Shown here piece by piece: positions 52,741-63,946 of a stretch of 64,000 nucleotides of DNA; the first letter of the stretch is position 1, and each line of letters begins with the position of its first letter. Source of the stretch: an uncultured Acidobacteriota bacterium (GTDB lineage Bacteria > Acidobacteriota > Vicinamibacteria > Vicinamibacterales > 2-12-FULL-66-21); contig CAWIKP010000018.1 of assembly GCA_963836735.1 (NCBI GenBank), positions 165,414 to 229,413 on the forward strand, read 5' to 3'. The position numbers and the translations under genes were made by a program. Under the pieces are notes generated by a model. That model ran no database searches and was not told where the DNA came from. It saw nothing but the letters and a program-made list of their open reading frames with translations.

Positions 52741-52772
52741 ATAACGGTGTTATTATGGTGAACACTGTTCAC
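52741..52772. promoter_or_regulatory. Two tandem palindromes, probable TetR operators
   Basis: ATAAC-GGT-GTTAT (52741-52753) and GTGAAC-ACT-GTTCAC (52758-52772) in the AT-rich region upstream of tetR. Confidence 0.7.
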
Positions 52773-52799
52773 ATCAACAGTTTCACCAAGAGGTTGCCA

Positions 52800-53490
52800 T
52801 TGGGAGTGAAGGAACGTCAGGAGCGGGAACGCGAGGCGGTATCACGCGCGATTCTCGATGCGGCTCGGGACCTGTTTGTCGCCGAGGGATACCAGAACGT
52901 CTCGATCCGGAAGATCGCCGACCGTATCGAGTACAGCCCGGCCGCGATCTACAGCTATTTCCCGAGCAAGGACGACATCTTCTTCGCGCTGGCCGAGGAA
53001 GGCTTCCACCTGCTCTTCGACTCCGAGTGTCCGGAAGGAGAGCCGCGCTGGAGGAAGTCCGAGGATCCGATCGATGCGGTCCGCGCGGCGTTCTGGCACT
53101 TCTATCAGTTCAGCCGCAAGCATCCCGAGTATTTCGCGCTGATGTTCGTGGATCGCTCGGTCCCGCGCATCAGCCACCTCTGGGAACGCTTCTCGTTCGT
53201 CAGCTCGATGAAGGCCCGCCTGACCGGCCTGATCCAGAAGGCGGCCGACGCCGGGCAACTGCCCAAGGACATCGACCCGCACGTCGTGTTCCGCATCCTC
53301 AGCACCACGATGGTTGGTGCCGCCGTGACCCACCTGTGCAACCGGCTCGCGCCGGGCGAAGACGCCGAGGCGCTCGCCCGCGACACGCTGGAGGCAGCAC
53401 TCACCGGACTCCGCACCGGCTTTGCCTTCAGCGTTCAGTGCGACTGCATGCGGGAACCGTCAGACCGTCCCAGAGGAGGATCGTTCGTGA
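52800..53490 (+). CDS. TetR/AcrR family regulator (frameshift near the 3' end)
   Basis: TTG start. ILDAARDLFVAEGYQNVSIRKIADRIEYSPAAIYSYFPSKDDI helix-turn-helix. Confidence 0.88.
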
Positions 53491-53501
53491 GGTATCGATT
53501 C

Positions 53502-54699
53502 ATGTTCCGTCATCCGTTCGTTCCCGTTGCTGCCCTCATCCTTGCCGCCGGCTCGCTGTCCGCCTGCTCCTCGGAAACGCCAGCGGCGGCCGCCACACCG
53601 GCTACTCCCGAGCCTGCCGTCGTCACGACGGCGGCCGTCGAGAGCCGGCCCATCGAACGTCACCTCCGGGTGACCGGCTCGCTCCTCGCCGACGAACAGG
53701 CCGAGGTGAGCGCGGAGCTCGCCGGACGCATCACCGCGACCCCGGTCGAACGCGGCAGCCGCGTGCCGGCCGGCGCGCTGCTGGTCCGGATTTCCGCCTC
53801 CGAATCGTCGGCGCAGCTCCAGGAAGCCGAAGCCAATGCCGGTCAGATGGAGGCGCGCCTCGGGTTGAGCCCGGGCCAGGACTTCGATCCCCGCCGCGTG
53901 CCGGAAGTGATGAACGCGCAGGCGTCGCTCGACCTGGCCGAGGCGGAGTTCAAGCGGATTCAGTCGCTGCTCGATCAGAAGGTCGTCTCGCAGGCCGAGT
54001 GGGAGCAGAGGCGGACGCAGGTCGAGGCCGCGCGTCAGCAGTACAAGGTTGCCGTGAACGTCGCGCAGCAGTCGTATCCGATCGCTCCAGGCGGCGCGCG
54101 CGCGCGTGGCGCTGGCCAGCAAGTCCGTGTCCGACACGTCGGTCCGCGCGCCGTTCGCGGGTCTCGTCGCCGAGCGCGCAGTCAGCGTCGGCGACTACGT
54201 GACCAAGGGCGCCCGCGTCGCCACCGTGGTCAGCATCGATCCGCTGCGCGTCGAGCTCACCGTGCCCGAGCAGGCGATCGCGATGATCAAGGTCGGTCAG
54301 CCGGTGCGCCTGACGGTCGACGCCTATCCCGGCGAGCAGTTCCAGGCCACGGTCCGCTTCGTCTCCCCATCGGTCCGGGTCGACCAGCGGGCGTTGACCG
54401 TCGAGGCGGTCGCGCCGAACAAGGATGGGCGGCTCAAGCCCGGCCTGTTCGCGACCGCGCTGATTCAGCAGAGCGAGCCGACGCCGGCACTGACCGTGCC
54501 CGCGACGGCTGTCGAGACCGTCAGCGGCACCAGCCGTGTCTACGTCGTGAAGGACGGCAAGGCCGATGAGCGCATCGTGACGCTCGGCGAAAAGGTGGAC
54601 ACCCGGATCGAGGTGGTCACCGGTCTCAAGGACGGAGAGCTCGTCGTGGCCGAGCCGCGTGGCCGGGTCGCCGACGGCATGCTCGTCCGCAGCAGGTAA
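53502..54699 (+). CDS. RND efflux membrane fusion protein (lipoprotein), frameshift near 54075
   Basis: Lipobox LSAC, VSAELAGRI..PVERGSRV..G.LL, VRAPFAG...VSVGDYV, LKPGLFA. Confidence 0.9.
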
Positions 54700-54778
54700 T
54701 TCACCGGGAGCGCGCGTCCGCTCACCGGTTCCACCGTTCATCCGTCTGCTGGTTTCGCGTATCCGTAGGTTGTGACTT

Positions 54779-57700
54779 ATGCAGTGGCTTGCCTCAATTT
54801 CCGTCAAGCGCCCGGTCTTCGCGACCGTCATCATCCTCTCGCTCACCGTGGTCGGGGCGTTCTCGTTCGGGCGCCTCGGCCTCGATCGTTTCCCGAAGGT
54901 CGACTTTCCGACCGTCGTCGTGACCACGCGCCTGCCCGGCGCCGCGCCTGAAGAGGTCGAAACCGAGATCACCGACAAGATCGAGGAAGCGGTCAACACG
55001 ATCAGCGGCATCGACGAGCTGCGCTCGACCTCGTCCGAAGGCGTGTCCCAGGTCATCGTCGCGTTCCTGCTCGAGAAGGACGGCGACATCGCGGCGCAGG
55101 AAGTGCGGGATCGCGTGAACCGCGTCCTGCCCCTGCTGCCGAAGACCATCGACCAGCCGCAGGTCGAAAAGTTCGATCCGGACTCCGCGCCGGTGCTGAC
55201 GCTCGCGGTGTCGGCCAACAAGCCGATCCGCGACATCACCGAGTACGCGGACAAGACGCTGCGGCGGCAGCTCGAGAACGTCAACGGCGTCGGCCAGGTC
55301 GTGGTGACCGGCGGCCGTTCGCGCCAGATCAACATCTGGCTCGATCCCGCGAGGCTGCAGGCCTACAACCTGACCGTCACCGACGTCTCGCGCGCGCTGC
55401 AGACGCAGAACGCCGAGATTCCGGGCGGCCGCATCGAGCAGGGCGCCACCGCGCTGACGCTGCGCACCCGCGGCCGCGTCCAGTCGGTGAAGGAGTTCGG
55501 CGACATCGTCGTCAGGCAGCGCGATGGGCACGCCATCCTGCTGCGCGACGTCGCGCAGGTGGAAGACGGCATGGCCGAGCCGCTCACCCGGGCGAACAAG
55601 GACGGCGAGCCGACCGTGCTCGTCACCGTGCGCCGCCAGTCGGGCACCAACACCGTCCAGGTGGTGGAGTCCGTCAAGGAGCGGCTGTCGGACATCGCAT
55701 CGACGGTGCCGGCAGGCTACGACATCCGCGTCGTCCGCGACATGTCGGAGTTCATCAAGGCGTCGATCAGGAGCGTCGAGGAGCACCTGATCGTCGGCTC
55801 GATTCTCGCGGCGGCGGTCGTGCTCGTGTTCCTCTGGAACTGGCGCTCGACCCTGATCGCGGCGATCGCGATCCCGACGTCGATCATCGCCACGTTCGGC
55901 TTGATCTGGTACCAGGGCTTCACGCTGAACTCGATGACGATGCTGGCGCTGACCCTTGCCGTCGGCATAGTCATCGACGACGCGATCGTGGTGCTCGAGA
56001 ACATCTATCGCTTCGTCGAAGAGAAGGGGCGTCCGCCGGCGCAGGCCGCGATCGAGGCGACCCGCGAAATCGGCCTCGCGGTGCTGGCGACCACGCTGTC
56101 GCTGGTGGCGATCTTCGTTCCCGTCGGTTTCATGGGCGGCATCGTCGGCCGGTTCATGACCAGCTTCGGCTTCACGATGGCGTTCGCGATTCTCGTGTCG
56201 ATGCTGGTCAGCTTCACGCTGACGCCGATGCTGTCCGCGCGATGGATCAAGATGCGTCCGCGCCGCGAGGATGCCGAAGGGCACGAGATCGAGCAGGAGT
56301 CGAGCAAGGAGTCGCGGTTCTTCCGCCCGCTCGATCACGGCTACGCCGCCATCCTGCGATGGTCGCTGACCCATCGCTGGGCGGTCGCTGCGATCGCGGT
56401 GCTCGTCCTCTTGAGCAGCGTTCCGCTGTTCATGGTGGCGAACAAGAACTTCCTGCCGAACGACGACCAGTCCGAGTTCGAGGTCGGCCTTCGCGCCCCC
56501 GAGGGCACGGCGATCGACGCGACGGAAATCATCGCCAACCGCATTGCCACCCGGATCCGGCAGTTGCCGGAAGTCGAATTCACGTTGGTGACAGTGGCGG
56601 ACGATCCGGCCAGGACCCAGAACGTGGCCACGGTCTACACGCGGCTCAAGCCGGTCGATCAGCGCAAGCGCGATCAGTTCGCGGTGATGAACGACGTGCG
56701 CAGCAACATCCTGCCGCAGGTGGCGGTCGCCAACCTGCGGACCGGCGTCCGGGCGGTCGCGACCATCGGCGGCGGCGGCAACCAGAACGCCGAGATCCAG
56801 TTCACCATCAACGGGCCGGATCTCAAGAAGCTGGAGACCTTCGCGACCGCGATTGCCGACGCGGCGAAGAAGGAGCACGGCGTGGTCGACGTGGATACGT
56901 CGATGAACGTCGGCAAGCCCGAGCTGTCGGTCCAGGTCGATCGGCTCAAGGCCTCGGACCTCGGCGTCCGGGTGTCCGACGCCGCGGAGGCGCTGCGGCT
57001 GCTGGTCGGCGGGGACCAGGTCACGACCTACAACGAGGGCGGCGAGCAGTACGAAGTGCACGTGCGCGCCGCGCAGGATGCGCGGGATCGGGCAACCGTG
57101 ATCGGCCAGCTGACCGTGCCGTCCGACAAGGTGGGCAGCGTGCCGCTCGAGAACCTCGCGCAGTTGTCGACCGGGACGTCGCCTTCAGAGATCAACCGGC
57201 TCAACCGCCAGCGCCAGGTGACGATTTACGCCGGCCTGGTGCCGGGCGTCTCACAGACCGGTCCCATGGATCTCATGAGCCGCACTGCCGACTCGCTGAA
57301 CATGGGGCCGGGCTACAGCACGCGGTTCGCGGGCCGCTCGCGCGAGCTCGGCCGCGCGGCGCAGAACTTCCTGATCGCGTTCGGGCTGTCGCTGGTCTTC
57401 ATGTATCTGATTCTCGCGGCTCAGTTCGAGTCGTGGCTGCACCCGGTGACGATCCTGCTGTCGCTGCCGCTGACGCTGCCCTTCGCGCTGCTGTCGATTA
57501 TCATCACAGGTCAGTCGCTGAACATCTTCTCGGCGCTGGGCCTGCTCGTGTTGTTCGGGGTCGTGAAGAAGAACTCGATCCTCCAGATCGATCATGCGAA
57601 CCAGCTGCGCGACCGCGGCATGGAGCGCGACGCGGCGATTCTGCAGGCCAGCCGCGACCGTTTGAGACCAATCCTCATGACGACATTTGCATTCGTGGCG

Positions 57701-59476
57701 GGAATGATCCCGCTCGTCCTGTCGAGCGGCGTGGGCTCGGCGACCAACCGGGCCATCGGCTTCGTGATCATCGGCGGGCAGTCGCTGGTGCTGGTGCTGA
57801 CGCTGGTCGCGACCCCGGTGGCGTACTCGCTCTTCGACGACGCTTCGCGGCTGAAGCTGTGGGGCTGGTGGCGGAGCGCGCGGCCGGCAGCCGCGACCGC
57901 CGCGACGCTGCTCGCGCTGGTGATGCTGTCGTCACCGGCCAACGCGCAGCCGGTGACGACCACGCTGCCTCGCGAGCAGGCGCCGGCCGGAACGGCAGCG
58001 GAAACCTTGCGCCTCACCCGCGACGAAGCGGTGCGGATGGCGCTCGAGAACAATCCCGAGCTGGCCGTGGTCCGTTACGAGCCGGGCGCCAGCGACGCCC
58101 GTATGGCGGCGGCACAGGCGGCGTTCCTGCCGACGTTCACCAGCGGAATCAACCGTAACAGCACCGCGACGCCGCCGGTGAACCTGTTCTCCGGCGAAGC
58201 CGGCGTCCAGACCGATTACTGGTCAGCCGACGCAGGTCTCATCCAGCGGCTCAAGTGGGGAGGCGCCAGCTACAACGTCAGCTTCCTGTCGCAGCGCGCG
58301 ACGACCGACAACCCGTTCACGAGCTTCACGCCGTCGCTCACCTCGGCGCTGCAGGCCATCTTCTCGCAGCCGCTGCTGCGCGATTTCAAGACCGACGCCG
58401 CGCGGGCGCAGGTCGAGATCGAGCATCGCAATCGCGACATCGCCGAGATCCAGGTCCGGGAACGCGGCGCGCAGGTTGCCGCCAACTCGGAAGCCGCCTA
58501 CTGGGCGCTGGTGGCGGCACTGGCATCGGTCGACGTCCAGCAGCGGTCGCTGGACCTCGCCCAGGAGCTCGAGCGCAACAACCGCGCGCGGGTCGACGTC
58601 GGCCAGTCGCCGCCGCTCGACCTCGTCGCCGCGCGCGCCGAGGTCGCGCAACGTCAGGAGAACCTGATCGTCGCGCGCACGACTGCGCTTCAGGCGGAGG
58701 ACCTTCTCCGCACGCTGATCGTCGACCCGAAGCGCACCGACTACTGGAGCGTCAGGATCGATCCGGCCGAACGCCAGCCTTCGGTGAGCGGCGCGCCGAA
58801 CGTCGACGAGGCGGTCCGCCGCGCGCTCGCGGAGCGGTCCGACATCGCGCAGGCACGGAAGCAGATCGAGAACAACGACACCAGCATCGCAGCTCGCGAA
58901 GAACGAGACGCTCCCGATCTTCGAGCGCAGGCGACATACCTCACCAACGGACAGGGCGGGTCGCGCCTGCTCCGGGAAGGAGGATTTCCCGGAACCATCG
59001 TCGGGCTGCAGAACACGTCCTACGGTTCAGTGCTCGGCCAGGTGCTCAGCGCGGACTATCCGACGTGGACGTTTGGCCTGTCGCTGTCGTATCCGCTCGG
59101 ACACAGCGCGAGCGAAGCCAATCTCGCGAGGGCCAGGATCGAGCGCGAACAGGCGGCGGCGCAGGTTCGCAGCATGGAGCTGTCCGTCGTGCGCGAAGTG
59201 CGGGACGCGGCGCTCCGTCTCGAACAGAACCGGCAGCGGATCGAGACCGCCAGGCTGGGCCGGGAGCTGGCGGAACAGCGGCTCGATGCCGAGCAGAAGC
59301 GTTTCGAGGTCGGGATGTCGACCAGTTTCCTGGTTATCCAGGCACAGCGCGACCTGTCGATCGCCCGCGACAACGAGCTCCGCTCGTACCTGGACTATCA
59401 GCTGTCAGCAGTCACCTTCGAACGGGTGCAGCGCACGGGCACGGCTCTCGGTGCGGCGACGGGAGTGATCAGGTAG
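54779..59476 (+). CDS. AcrB-type RND permease fused in frame to a TolC-family outer membrane factor
   Basis: Residues 1 to about 1020 are RND ([42 protein letters not shown]). From about 1057 the protein is OMF ([48 protein letters not shown]). Confidence 0.88.
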   Translation: MQWLASISVKRPVFATVIILSLTVVGAFSFGRLGLDRFPKVDFPTVVVTTRLPGAAPEEVETEITDKIEEAVNTISGIDELRSTSSEGVSQVIVAFLLEKDGDIAAQEVRDRVNRVLPLLPKTIDQPQVEKFDPDSAPVLTLAVSANKPIRDITEYADKTLRRQLENVNGVGQVVVTGGRSRQINIWLDPARLQAYNLTVTDVSRALQTQNAEIPGGRIEQGATALTLRTRGRVQSVKEFGDIVVRQRDGHAILLRDVAQVEDGMAEPLTRANKDGEPTVLVTVRRQSGTNTVQVVESVKERLSDIASTVPAGYDIRVVRDMSEFIKASIRSVEEHLIVGSILAAAVVLVFLWNWRSTLIAAIAIPTSIIATFGLIWYQGFTLNSMTMLALTLAVGIVIDDAIVVLENIYRFVEEKGRPPAQAAIEATREIGLAVLATTLSLVAIFVPVGFMGGIVGRFMTSFGFTMAFAILVSMLVSFTLTPMLSARWIKMRPRREDAEGHEIEQESSKESRFFRPLDHGYAAILRWSLTHRWAVAAIAVLVLLSSVPLFMVANKNFLPNDDQSEFEVGLRAPEGTAIDATEIIANRIATRIRQLPEVEFTLVTVADDPARTQNVATVYTRLKPVDQRKRDQFAVMNDVRSNILPQVAVANLRTGVRAVATIGGGGNQNAEIQFTINGPDLKKLETFATAIADAAKKEHGVVDVDTSMNVGKPELSVQVDRLKASDLGVRVSDAAEALRLLVGGDQVTTYNEGGEQYEVHVRAAQDARDRATVIGQLTVPSDKVGSVPLENLAQLSTGTSPSEINRLNRQRQVTIYAGLVPGVSQTGPMDLMSRTADSLNMGPGYSTRFAGRSRELGRAAQNFLIAFGLSLVFMYLILAAQFESWLHPVTILLSLPLTLPFALLSIIITGQSLNIFSALGLLVLFGVVKKNSILQIDHANQLRDRGMERDAAILQASRDRLRPILMTTFAFVAGMIPLVLSSGVGSATNRAIGFVIIGGQSLVLVLTLVATPVAYSLFDDASRLKLWGWWRSARPAAATAATLLALVMLSSPANAQPVTTTLPREQAPAGTAAETLRLTRDEAVRMALENNPELAVVRYEPGASDARMAAAQAAFLPTFTSGINRNSTATPPVNLFSGEAGVQTDYWSADAGLIQRLKWGGASYNVSFLSQRATTDNPFTSFTPSLTSALQAIFSQPLLRDFKTDAARAQVEIEHRNRDIAEIQVRERGAQVAANSEAAYWALVAALASVDVQQRSLDLAQELERNNRARVDVGQSPPLDLVAARAEVAQRQENLIVARTTALQAEDLLRTLIVDPKRTDYWSVRIDPAERQPSVSGAPNVDEAVRRALAERSDIAQARKQIENNDTSIAAREERDAPDLRAQATYLTNGQGGSRLLREGGFPGTIVGLQNTSYGSVLGQVLSADYPTWTFGLSLSYPLGHSASEANLARARIEREQAAAQVRSMELSVVREVRDAALRLEQNRQRIETARLGRELAEQRLDAEQKRFEVGMSTSFLVIQAQRDLSIARDNELRSYLDYQLSAVTFERVQRTGTALGAATGVIR

Positions 59477-59482
59477 CTCAGG

Positions 59483-59627
59483 GTCAACTCCCAACTTCCA
59501 ACTCCCAACTCCCAAGGGAAGCGATAGGAAGATCCGGGCGAAAATCGGCGCAACAAGCTATCCGATACGGCTTTCGCCCAGATGCTTCGAGCGATTTCCC
59601 TTGGGAGTTGGGAAGTTGGGAGTTGTC
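59483..59627. repeat. Second copy of the CAACTCC-heptamer inverted-arm element
   Basis: gtcaactcccaacttccaactcccaactcccaagggaagc ... ttcccttgggagttgggaagttgggagttg. Confidence 0.8.
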
Positions 59628-59638
59628 GCTGACTCGCG

Positions 59639-60730
59639 TCAGGCCCGAGGCCGTAACCGTCTGACAGCCTCGTCTTCTTTTCCATCCACAATCAGATCCG
59701 CAATCAACCGCGCCGTGAGCGGTGCGAGGAGCACGCCGTTGCGGTAGTGGCCGGTTGCGTAGATCAGTCGATCGGAGCGCTCGGAAGGGCCGAGGAACGG
59801 CAGGCCGTCGGGCGTGGCGGGGCGCAGGCCGACGCGCGCCTCGAGGAAGGTCGCGCGCCACGCTTCGGGCAGCAGCTCACACACCGCATCGAGCAGATCC
59901 CTCACTCCTGCCGCGGTCGTCCGCTCGTCGAAGCCAACATCCTCGACCGTCGCGCCCACCAGCACAGTCTGGTTCTGCCATGGCACCACGTAGCAGTCGG
60001 GTCCCCAGACGATGTGCTTGAGCGGGGCACCGCGCCAGTGAAGCCGCAGCAACTGTCCGCGCACCGGTCTCACGGACGCCGCCGCGCCGTCGTCGACGTC
60101 GAGCCGGCCGCACCAGCTGCCCGCCGCAATCACCACGGCGCCCGCGGACCACGAGGTGCCGTCTTCGGTTGAAATCGTCGCGACGCGGTGGTCGACGCGG
60201 ATGCCGGTCACGCGATGGGCGGCCTCGATCTGGACGCCGTGGCGGAGCGCCGCCCAGGCAAGAGCGTCCATCAACGCGGGCACCGAGACGTAGCCGTGAT
60301 CCCGGGCGAGGACCGCCCCTTCGATCGACGTGGCGAGCGCGGCCTCCTGGCCGTGGGCGGCGGCGGGATCGAGCCACTGCAGGTGAGCGTCGGCCCGGGC
60401 GGCCGCACGAAGCCGAACGGCGGCGGGCGCGTCGGCCGCGACCTCGAGCGTCCCGCACCGGCGGTATTCGACGCTCAGGCCCGACTCGTCGGAGACATCA
60501 CGCACGAACTCGTCGTACATGCCGAGCGAACGGATTCCCAGCTCGAACAGCAGGCCGCGATCGTGCCCTTCGATATAGGGCGCAAGGATCCCCGCTGAGG
60601 CCTGCGTCGCGCCGGCGCCAAGCGTCCGCGCCTCGAACATCCGAACCGCCGCCCCACGCCGCGCCAGCTCGCGCGACACCGCACAGCCGATGATTCCTCC
60701 CCCAATGACGACGACATCCGGCGCGGGCAT
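59639..60730 (-). CDS. thiO: Glycine oxidase ThiO (DAO family)
   Basis: VVVIGGGIIG, ATQASAGILAP, RPVRGQ, VGATVE, GLRPATPDGLP, ATGHYRNGVLLAP. Confidence 0.85.
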   Translation of the reverse strand: MPAPDVVVIGGGIIGCAVSRELARRGAAVRMFEARTLGAGATQASAGILAPYIEGHDRGLLFELGIRSLGMYDEFVRDVSDESGLSVEYRRCGTLEVAADAPAAVRLRAAARADAHLQWLDPAAAHGQEAALATSIEGAVLARDHGYVSVPALMDALAWAALRHGVQIEAAHRVTGIRVDHRVATISTEDGTSWSAGAVVIAAGSWCGRLDVDDGAAASVRPVRGQLLRLHWRGAPLKHIVWGPDCYVVPWQNQTVLVGATVEDVGFDERTTAAGVRDLLDAVCELLPEAWRATFLEARVGLRPATPDGLPFLGPSERSDRLIYATGHYRNGVLLAPLTARLIADLIVDGKEDEAVRRLRPRA

Positions 60731-60747
60731 CAGGGGATGATAGCAAT

Positions 60748-60856
60748 CCGCTGGGCCGGGCTGGGCCGCTGGTGCGCTAGTTCGTTGGTCCGCTAGTTCG
60801 TTGGTCCGCTAGTTCGTTGGCCCAGCGGCCAGCGACCAGCGGCCCAGCGGCGAGCT
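60748..60856. repeat. Intergenic tandem repeat tract (16-bp GCTAGTTCGTTGGTCC x3, flanked by CGCTGG/CCAGCG units)
   Basis: gctagttcgttggtccgctagttcgttggtccgctagttcgttggccc, then agcggccagcgaccagcggcccagcgg. Confidence 0.75.
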
Positions 60857-60857
60857 G

Positions 60858-63833
60858 TCACTGAGTGGCCGTCGTCCGCGCCGTCGGCTTCCCCGCGTCC
60901 AGGTCGTTCCAATTGAGGATCGTGTTGAATCCCAGGAAGAACGTGCCCTGCGTCTGCCAGCGCCAGAACGGACGGATGGCAAACGACACGACGTGGCCCT
61001 GGCCGACGGGGATGTCGACCACCTGGGCACGGTTGGCGAGGGACTGGCCGCCGACCAGGACGCCGGACAGCAGCATCTCGTCGGGATTCGACGGGAACGC
61101 CAGGACGACGCGCGGGGCTTCAGCGGGGTTGCCGAATCCGCCGCCGCCACCTCGCCCTCCCCGGCCGCCGCCGGCGCCGGGACCAGCGGCTCCGCCCTGG
61201 CGGCCGCGACCCGCGCCGGCCGCGGCACTTGCGGACGCGGCGTCCGGTGTGTCGGGGTCGTAAGCTGACAGCCGGTTGTTCGCGGCCGCCATCGGCGTCA
61301 CGTTCATGCCGACGCCAGGAATCGCTCCCTCGCCCCCACCGCCGCGTCCGGCGCCGCCGCTGACGTTGAGGACCGGATCCTGGTTGAAGTACACCGGAAC
61401 CTGCGCGCCGTAGCCGTAGGCAATCGGACTCCGCCGATCCGCGAAGATGCCGCGCATGACGGATCCGCGCACGAACAGCCCTTCGGGATTCTCGACAGTG
61501 ACCCCGTTGCTGACGTTGTACTCAGGGAAGATCGTCGAGGTCGAGCCTTCCGTGATCAGCGTGCCCCCCTCCCGCACGAACTTGACCAGCTCCATCAGCC
61601 CTTCCCATCCCATGCCGCCGCGGATGTCGTCGGCCTGATCGAGTGCACCGAGGTTTGGAGTGTCAGCGGTCTTCTTGTAGGGCAGCGCGGCCCCTGCGGT
61701 CTTCGGAATCCCGTTGACCTGCGATTGCGCCGCGCCGCCGACGTGCGGATACACGATGACGTCGTACTTCTGTCGCAGGTTGCCCTCGCGCACGGAGAGG
61801 TCGGCAAAATACGTATAGGGAACGCCGTAGGTGTCGAAGGCCGCGCGCACCCAGCCCTCGTTCTGCGTGTTCGCCCAGCTGTGGATGTAGCCGATCCGCG
61901 GCACGTCGAGGTTGTGGGTGCGCACGGACGGCGCAGCCGCGACCGACCAGGCCGACAGGCCGAGCGCCGTCAGCGTCGGCTCCAGCGCCGCCCGGTTCGC
62001 GTTCCTGATGATGAACGCACCTGCACCGAACTTCCGTCCGGCCGCATCGAACTCCTCCTCGGCGGCCTCCATGGCGACGTCCTTGTGCTTGAAACGGAAC
62101 GTGACCAGAGCGTTGTCGGTCGTGTGATCGACGATGAGCACCGGGCCCGAGCCTTCGACACCGCCAGGCGCCTTGACATCAGCGGTGACCGCGGTCATCT
62201 GTTGACCAAGCACACCCTTGTCCTCGACCGATTTGATCACCAGGTTGCGCATGTACTGAAAAGTCCAGCCGGTGTCGTCGTACGGACGCGGGTTGGACGG
62301 CGCGTAGTTCTGAATCGAGAAATACATGTCCGCAACCGTGCGATACGGTTGATCGCCGCGGACGATGTAGTCGCCGGCTTTCACGTCCACGTTTCCGGCC
62401 TTGAATGCCGACGCAGCCGTATGGAACTCGAGGCCCTGCCGGCGCAGCTCGTTCACCGCGTCCGCCGCGTCCGCCTTTCGCTTCTGCGCGGCGGGTATCA
62501 CCCAGCCGTAGACCGGGCCGTCCTTCCCTTTGTCCGCAGCGCGCTTGTTCTTCAGCCAGTAGTTCTCGAGATACGTCTCCTTGTTCCTGGCAACATGGTT
62601 GAGCGCGATCAGAATTGCGGACTGCTGGATGTTCGTGTTGTTCCGCGGTCCCCACTGAATCGACGGCAGCGGCGGATTCGGCCGGAACCACTCACGGCTG
62701 GTGACGGCCTGCGCCGCCGTGACCGTGCGGTTGTCGGGGCCATAGCCCATGACTTCATAGAACCGCCCGATGGCATTGTGGGCGTGCGCGATGAAGAACA
62801 TGTAGTTCGGCACCCAGCCGTCGTAGAACCCGTAGGTCCACACCCCAGGCACGCCGCGCTTGGTCATCTCCATCACTTCGGTCTTCGCGAGGAGCCACCA
62901 TTCGTCGATCGTGATCGGATCGATCTGCTCGTTGTAGGGTCCGGTGCCGGTCGAGGCATACAGGTAGGTCTGCGCCTCGTGCAGGTCGTGCATGATCGTC
63001 GGCTTCCAGTCGAGGAACGCCTTCGTCACGTTGCGGGTGAGCGCGAGGAACTGCCCCATGCCGTCGCGGTTGTTGTCGTGCGCGACGTACTTGCCCCAAT
63101 ACATCAGCGGCAGCGTCTGCTGATCGCCCGAGGCCCGGCGCTTCTTGTTGAAGTAATACGTGTCGACCTGCTTTTCACGGCCGTCGACTTCGACCACGGG
63201 AGTGATCAGCGTGATCACGTTGTTGCGGATGGCCTGCACGAACGGCGTGTCCTCGACCGCCAGGCGATAGGCCAGCTCGATCAGCATCTCGGGTCCACCG
63301 GTCTCGGTCGAGTGCATCCCGCTGGTGATCCAGTAGATGGGTTTCGCTGTCCTGATCAGCTGCTGCGCCTGCGCCTCCGTCGTCTTGCGCGGATCGGTGA
63401 GGGATCCGAGCATGCCTTTGTACTTGTCCAGCTGCTTGATCGTCGCCTCGTCCGCAACGGCGAGGATCACCATGTCGCGCCCTTCCTCGGTCTTTCCGAT
63501 CCTCCACACCGAGATGCGATCCGAAGCCTTGTCGAGGGCATCGTAGTACCGATAGATGTCCTTCGCGTACGTCAGCTCACCTGGAGTTCCCACGATCCGG
63601 TTGAAAAACTTGAGGGGCGTGGGAACGGTGTCGGACGCCGGGAGGTGATCGACGAGCTCGGTCGTGATCCGCGAATCCTGCAGGTACTCCTTGATCTTCG
63701 CGGTGTACTCGGCGTCGATCTTCTGCTTCGGGGCGGGCTGCGGGGACTGCGCTGAAGGGACGCTGCCGGCAAAGCCTGACGCGGCGAGCGAGCAGGCGAT
63801 CGCGAAGCGCAGGACCCGGCTTCGGCTGGACAT
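60858..63833 (-). CDS. Large secreted M14-family zinc carboxypeptidase with C-terminal accessory domains
   Basis: Signal peptide, IGKTEEGR, SGMHSTETG, HDNNRD, HDLHE, and a Gly/Arg-rich linker near the C-terminus. Confidence 0.88.
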   Translation of the reverse strand: MSSRSRVLRFAIACSLAASGFAGSVPSAQSPQPAPKQKIDAEYTAKIKEYLQDSRITTELVDHLPASDTVPTPLKFFNRIVGTPGELTYAKDIYRYYDALDKASDRISVWRIGKTEEGRDMVILAVADEATIKQLDKYKGMLGSLTDPRKTTEAQAQQLIRTAKPIYWITSGMHSTETGGPEMLIELAYRLAVEDTPFVQAIRNNVITLITPVVEVDGREKQVDTYYFNKKRRASGDQQTLPLMYWGKYVAHDNNRDGMGQFLALTRNVTKAFLDWKPTIMHDLHEAQTYLYASTGTGPYNEQIDPITIDEWWLLAKTEVMEMTKRGVPGVWTYGFYDGWVPNYMFFIAHAHNAIGRFYEVMGYGPDNRTVTAAQAVTSREWFRPNPPLPSIQWGPRNNTNIQQSAILIALNHVARNKETYLENYWLKNKRAADKGKDGPVYGWVIPAAQKRKADAADAVNELRRQGLEFHTAASAFKAGNVDVKAGDYIVRGDQPYRTVADMYFSIQNYAPSNPRPYDDTGWTFQYMRNLVIKSVEDKGVLGQQMTAVTADVKAPGGVEGSGPVLIVDHTTDNALVTFRFKHKDVAMEAAEEEFDAAGRKFGAGAFIIRNANRAALEPTLTALGLSAWSVAAAPSVRTHNLDVPRIGYIHSWANTQNEGWVRAAFDTYGVPYTYFADLSVREGNLRQKYDVIVYPHVGGAAQSQVNGIPKTAGAALPYKKTADTPNLGALDQADDIRGGMGWEGLMELVKFVREGGTLITEGSTSTIFPEYNVSNGVTVENPEGLFVRGSVMRGIFADRRSPIAYGYGAQVPVYFNQDPVLNVSGGAGRGGGGEGAIPGVGMNVTPMAAANNRLSAYDPDTPDAASASAAAGAGRGRQGGAAGPGAGGGRGGRGGGGGFGNPAEAPRVVLAFPSNPDEMLLSGVLVGGQSLANRAQVVDIPVGQGHVVSFAIRPFWRWQTQGTFFLGFNTILNWNDLDAGKPTARTTATQ

Positions 63834-63918
63834 AGATCCTCCCGGAAACGTGCAATGAGAAACGTGCGAAACCGGACCGAAACGACGGGTTATAGCACAT
63901 CCTTATTGCGAAAACCGG

Positions 63919-63933
63919 TGGCAGCGCGCTTGC
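63919..63933 (+). promoter_or_regulatory. Putative sigma54 promoter
   Basis: TGGCAGCGCGCTTGC (GG-N10-GC), 13 nt before an ATG. Confidence 0.5.
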
Positions 63934-63946
63934 TGTCTGCAACCGC

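Noticed and set aside
52755-54569. TetR-MFP fusion ORF
   Set aside because: A separate MFP start with its own lipoprotein signal (53502) and a TetR stop in the neighbouring frame (53490) indicate an indel-created join.
1841-54699. Widespread frameshifts as mass pseudogenisation or programmed frameshifting
   Set aside because: Indels are scattered across unrelated, otherwise well-conserved genes with no shared slippery motif, which fits long-read consensus error best. Read polishing would confirm this.
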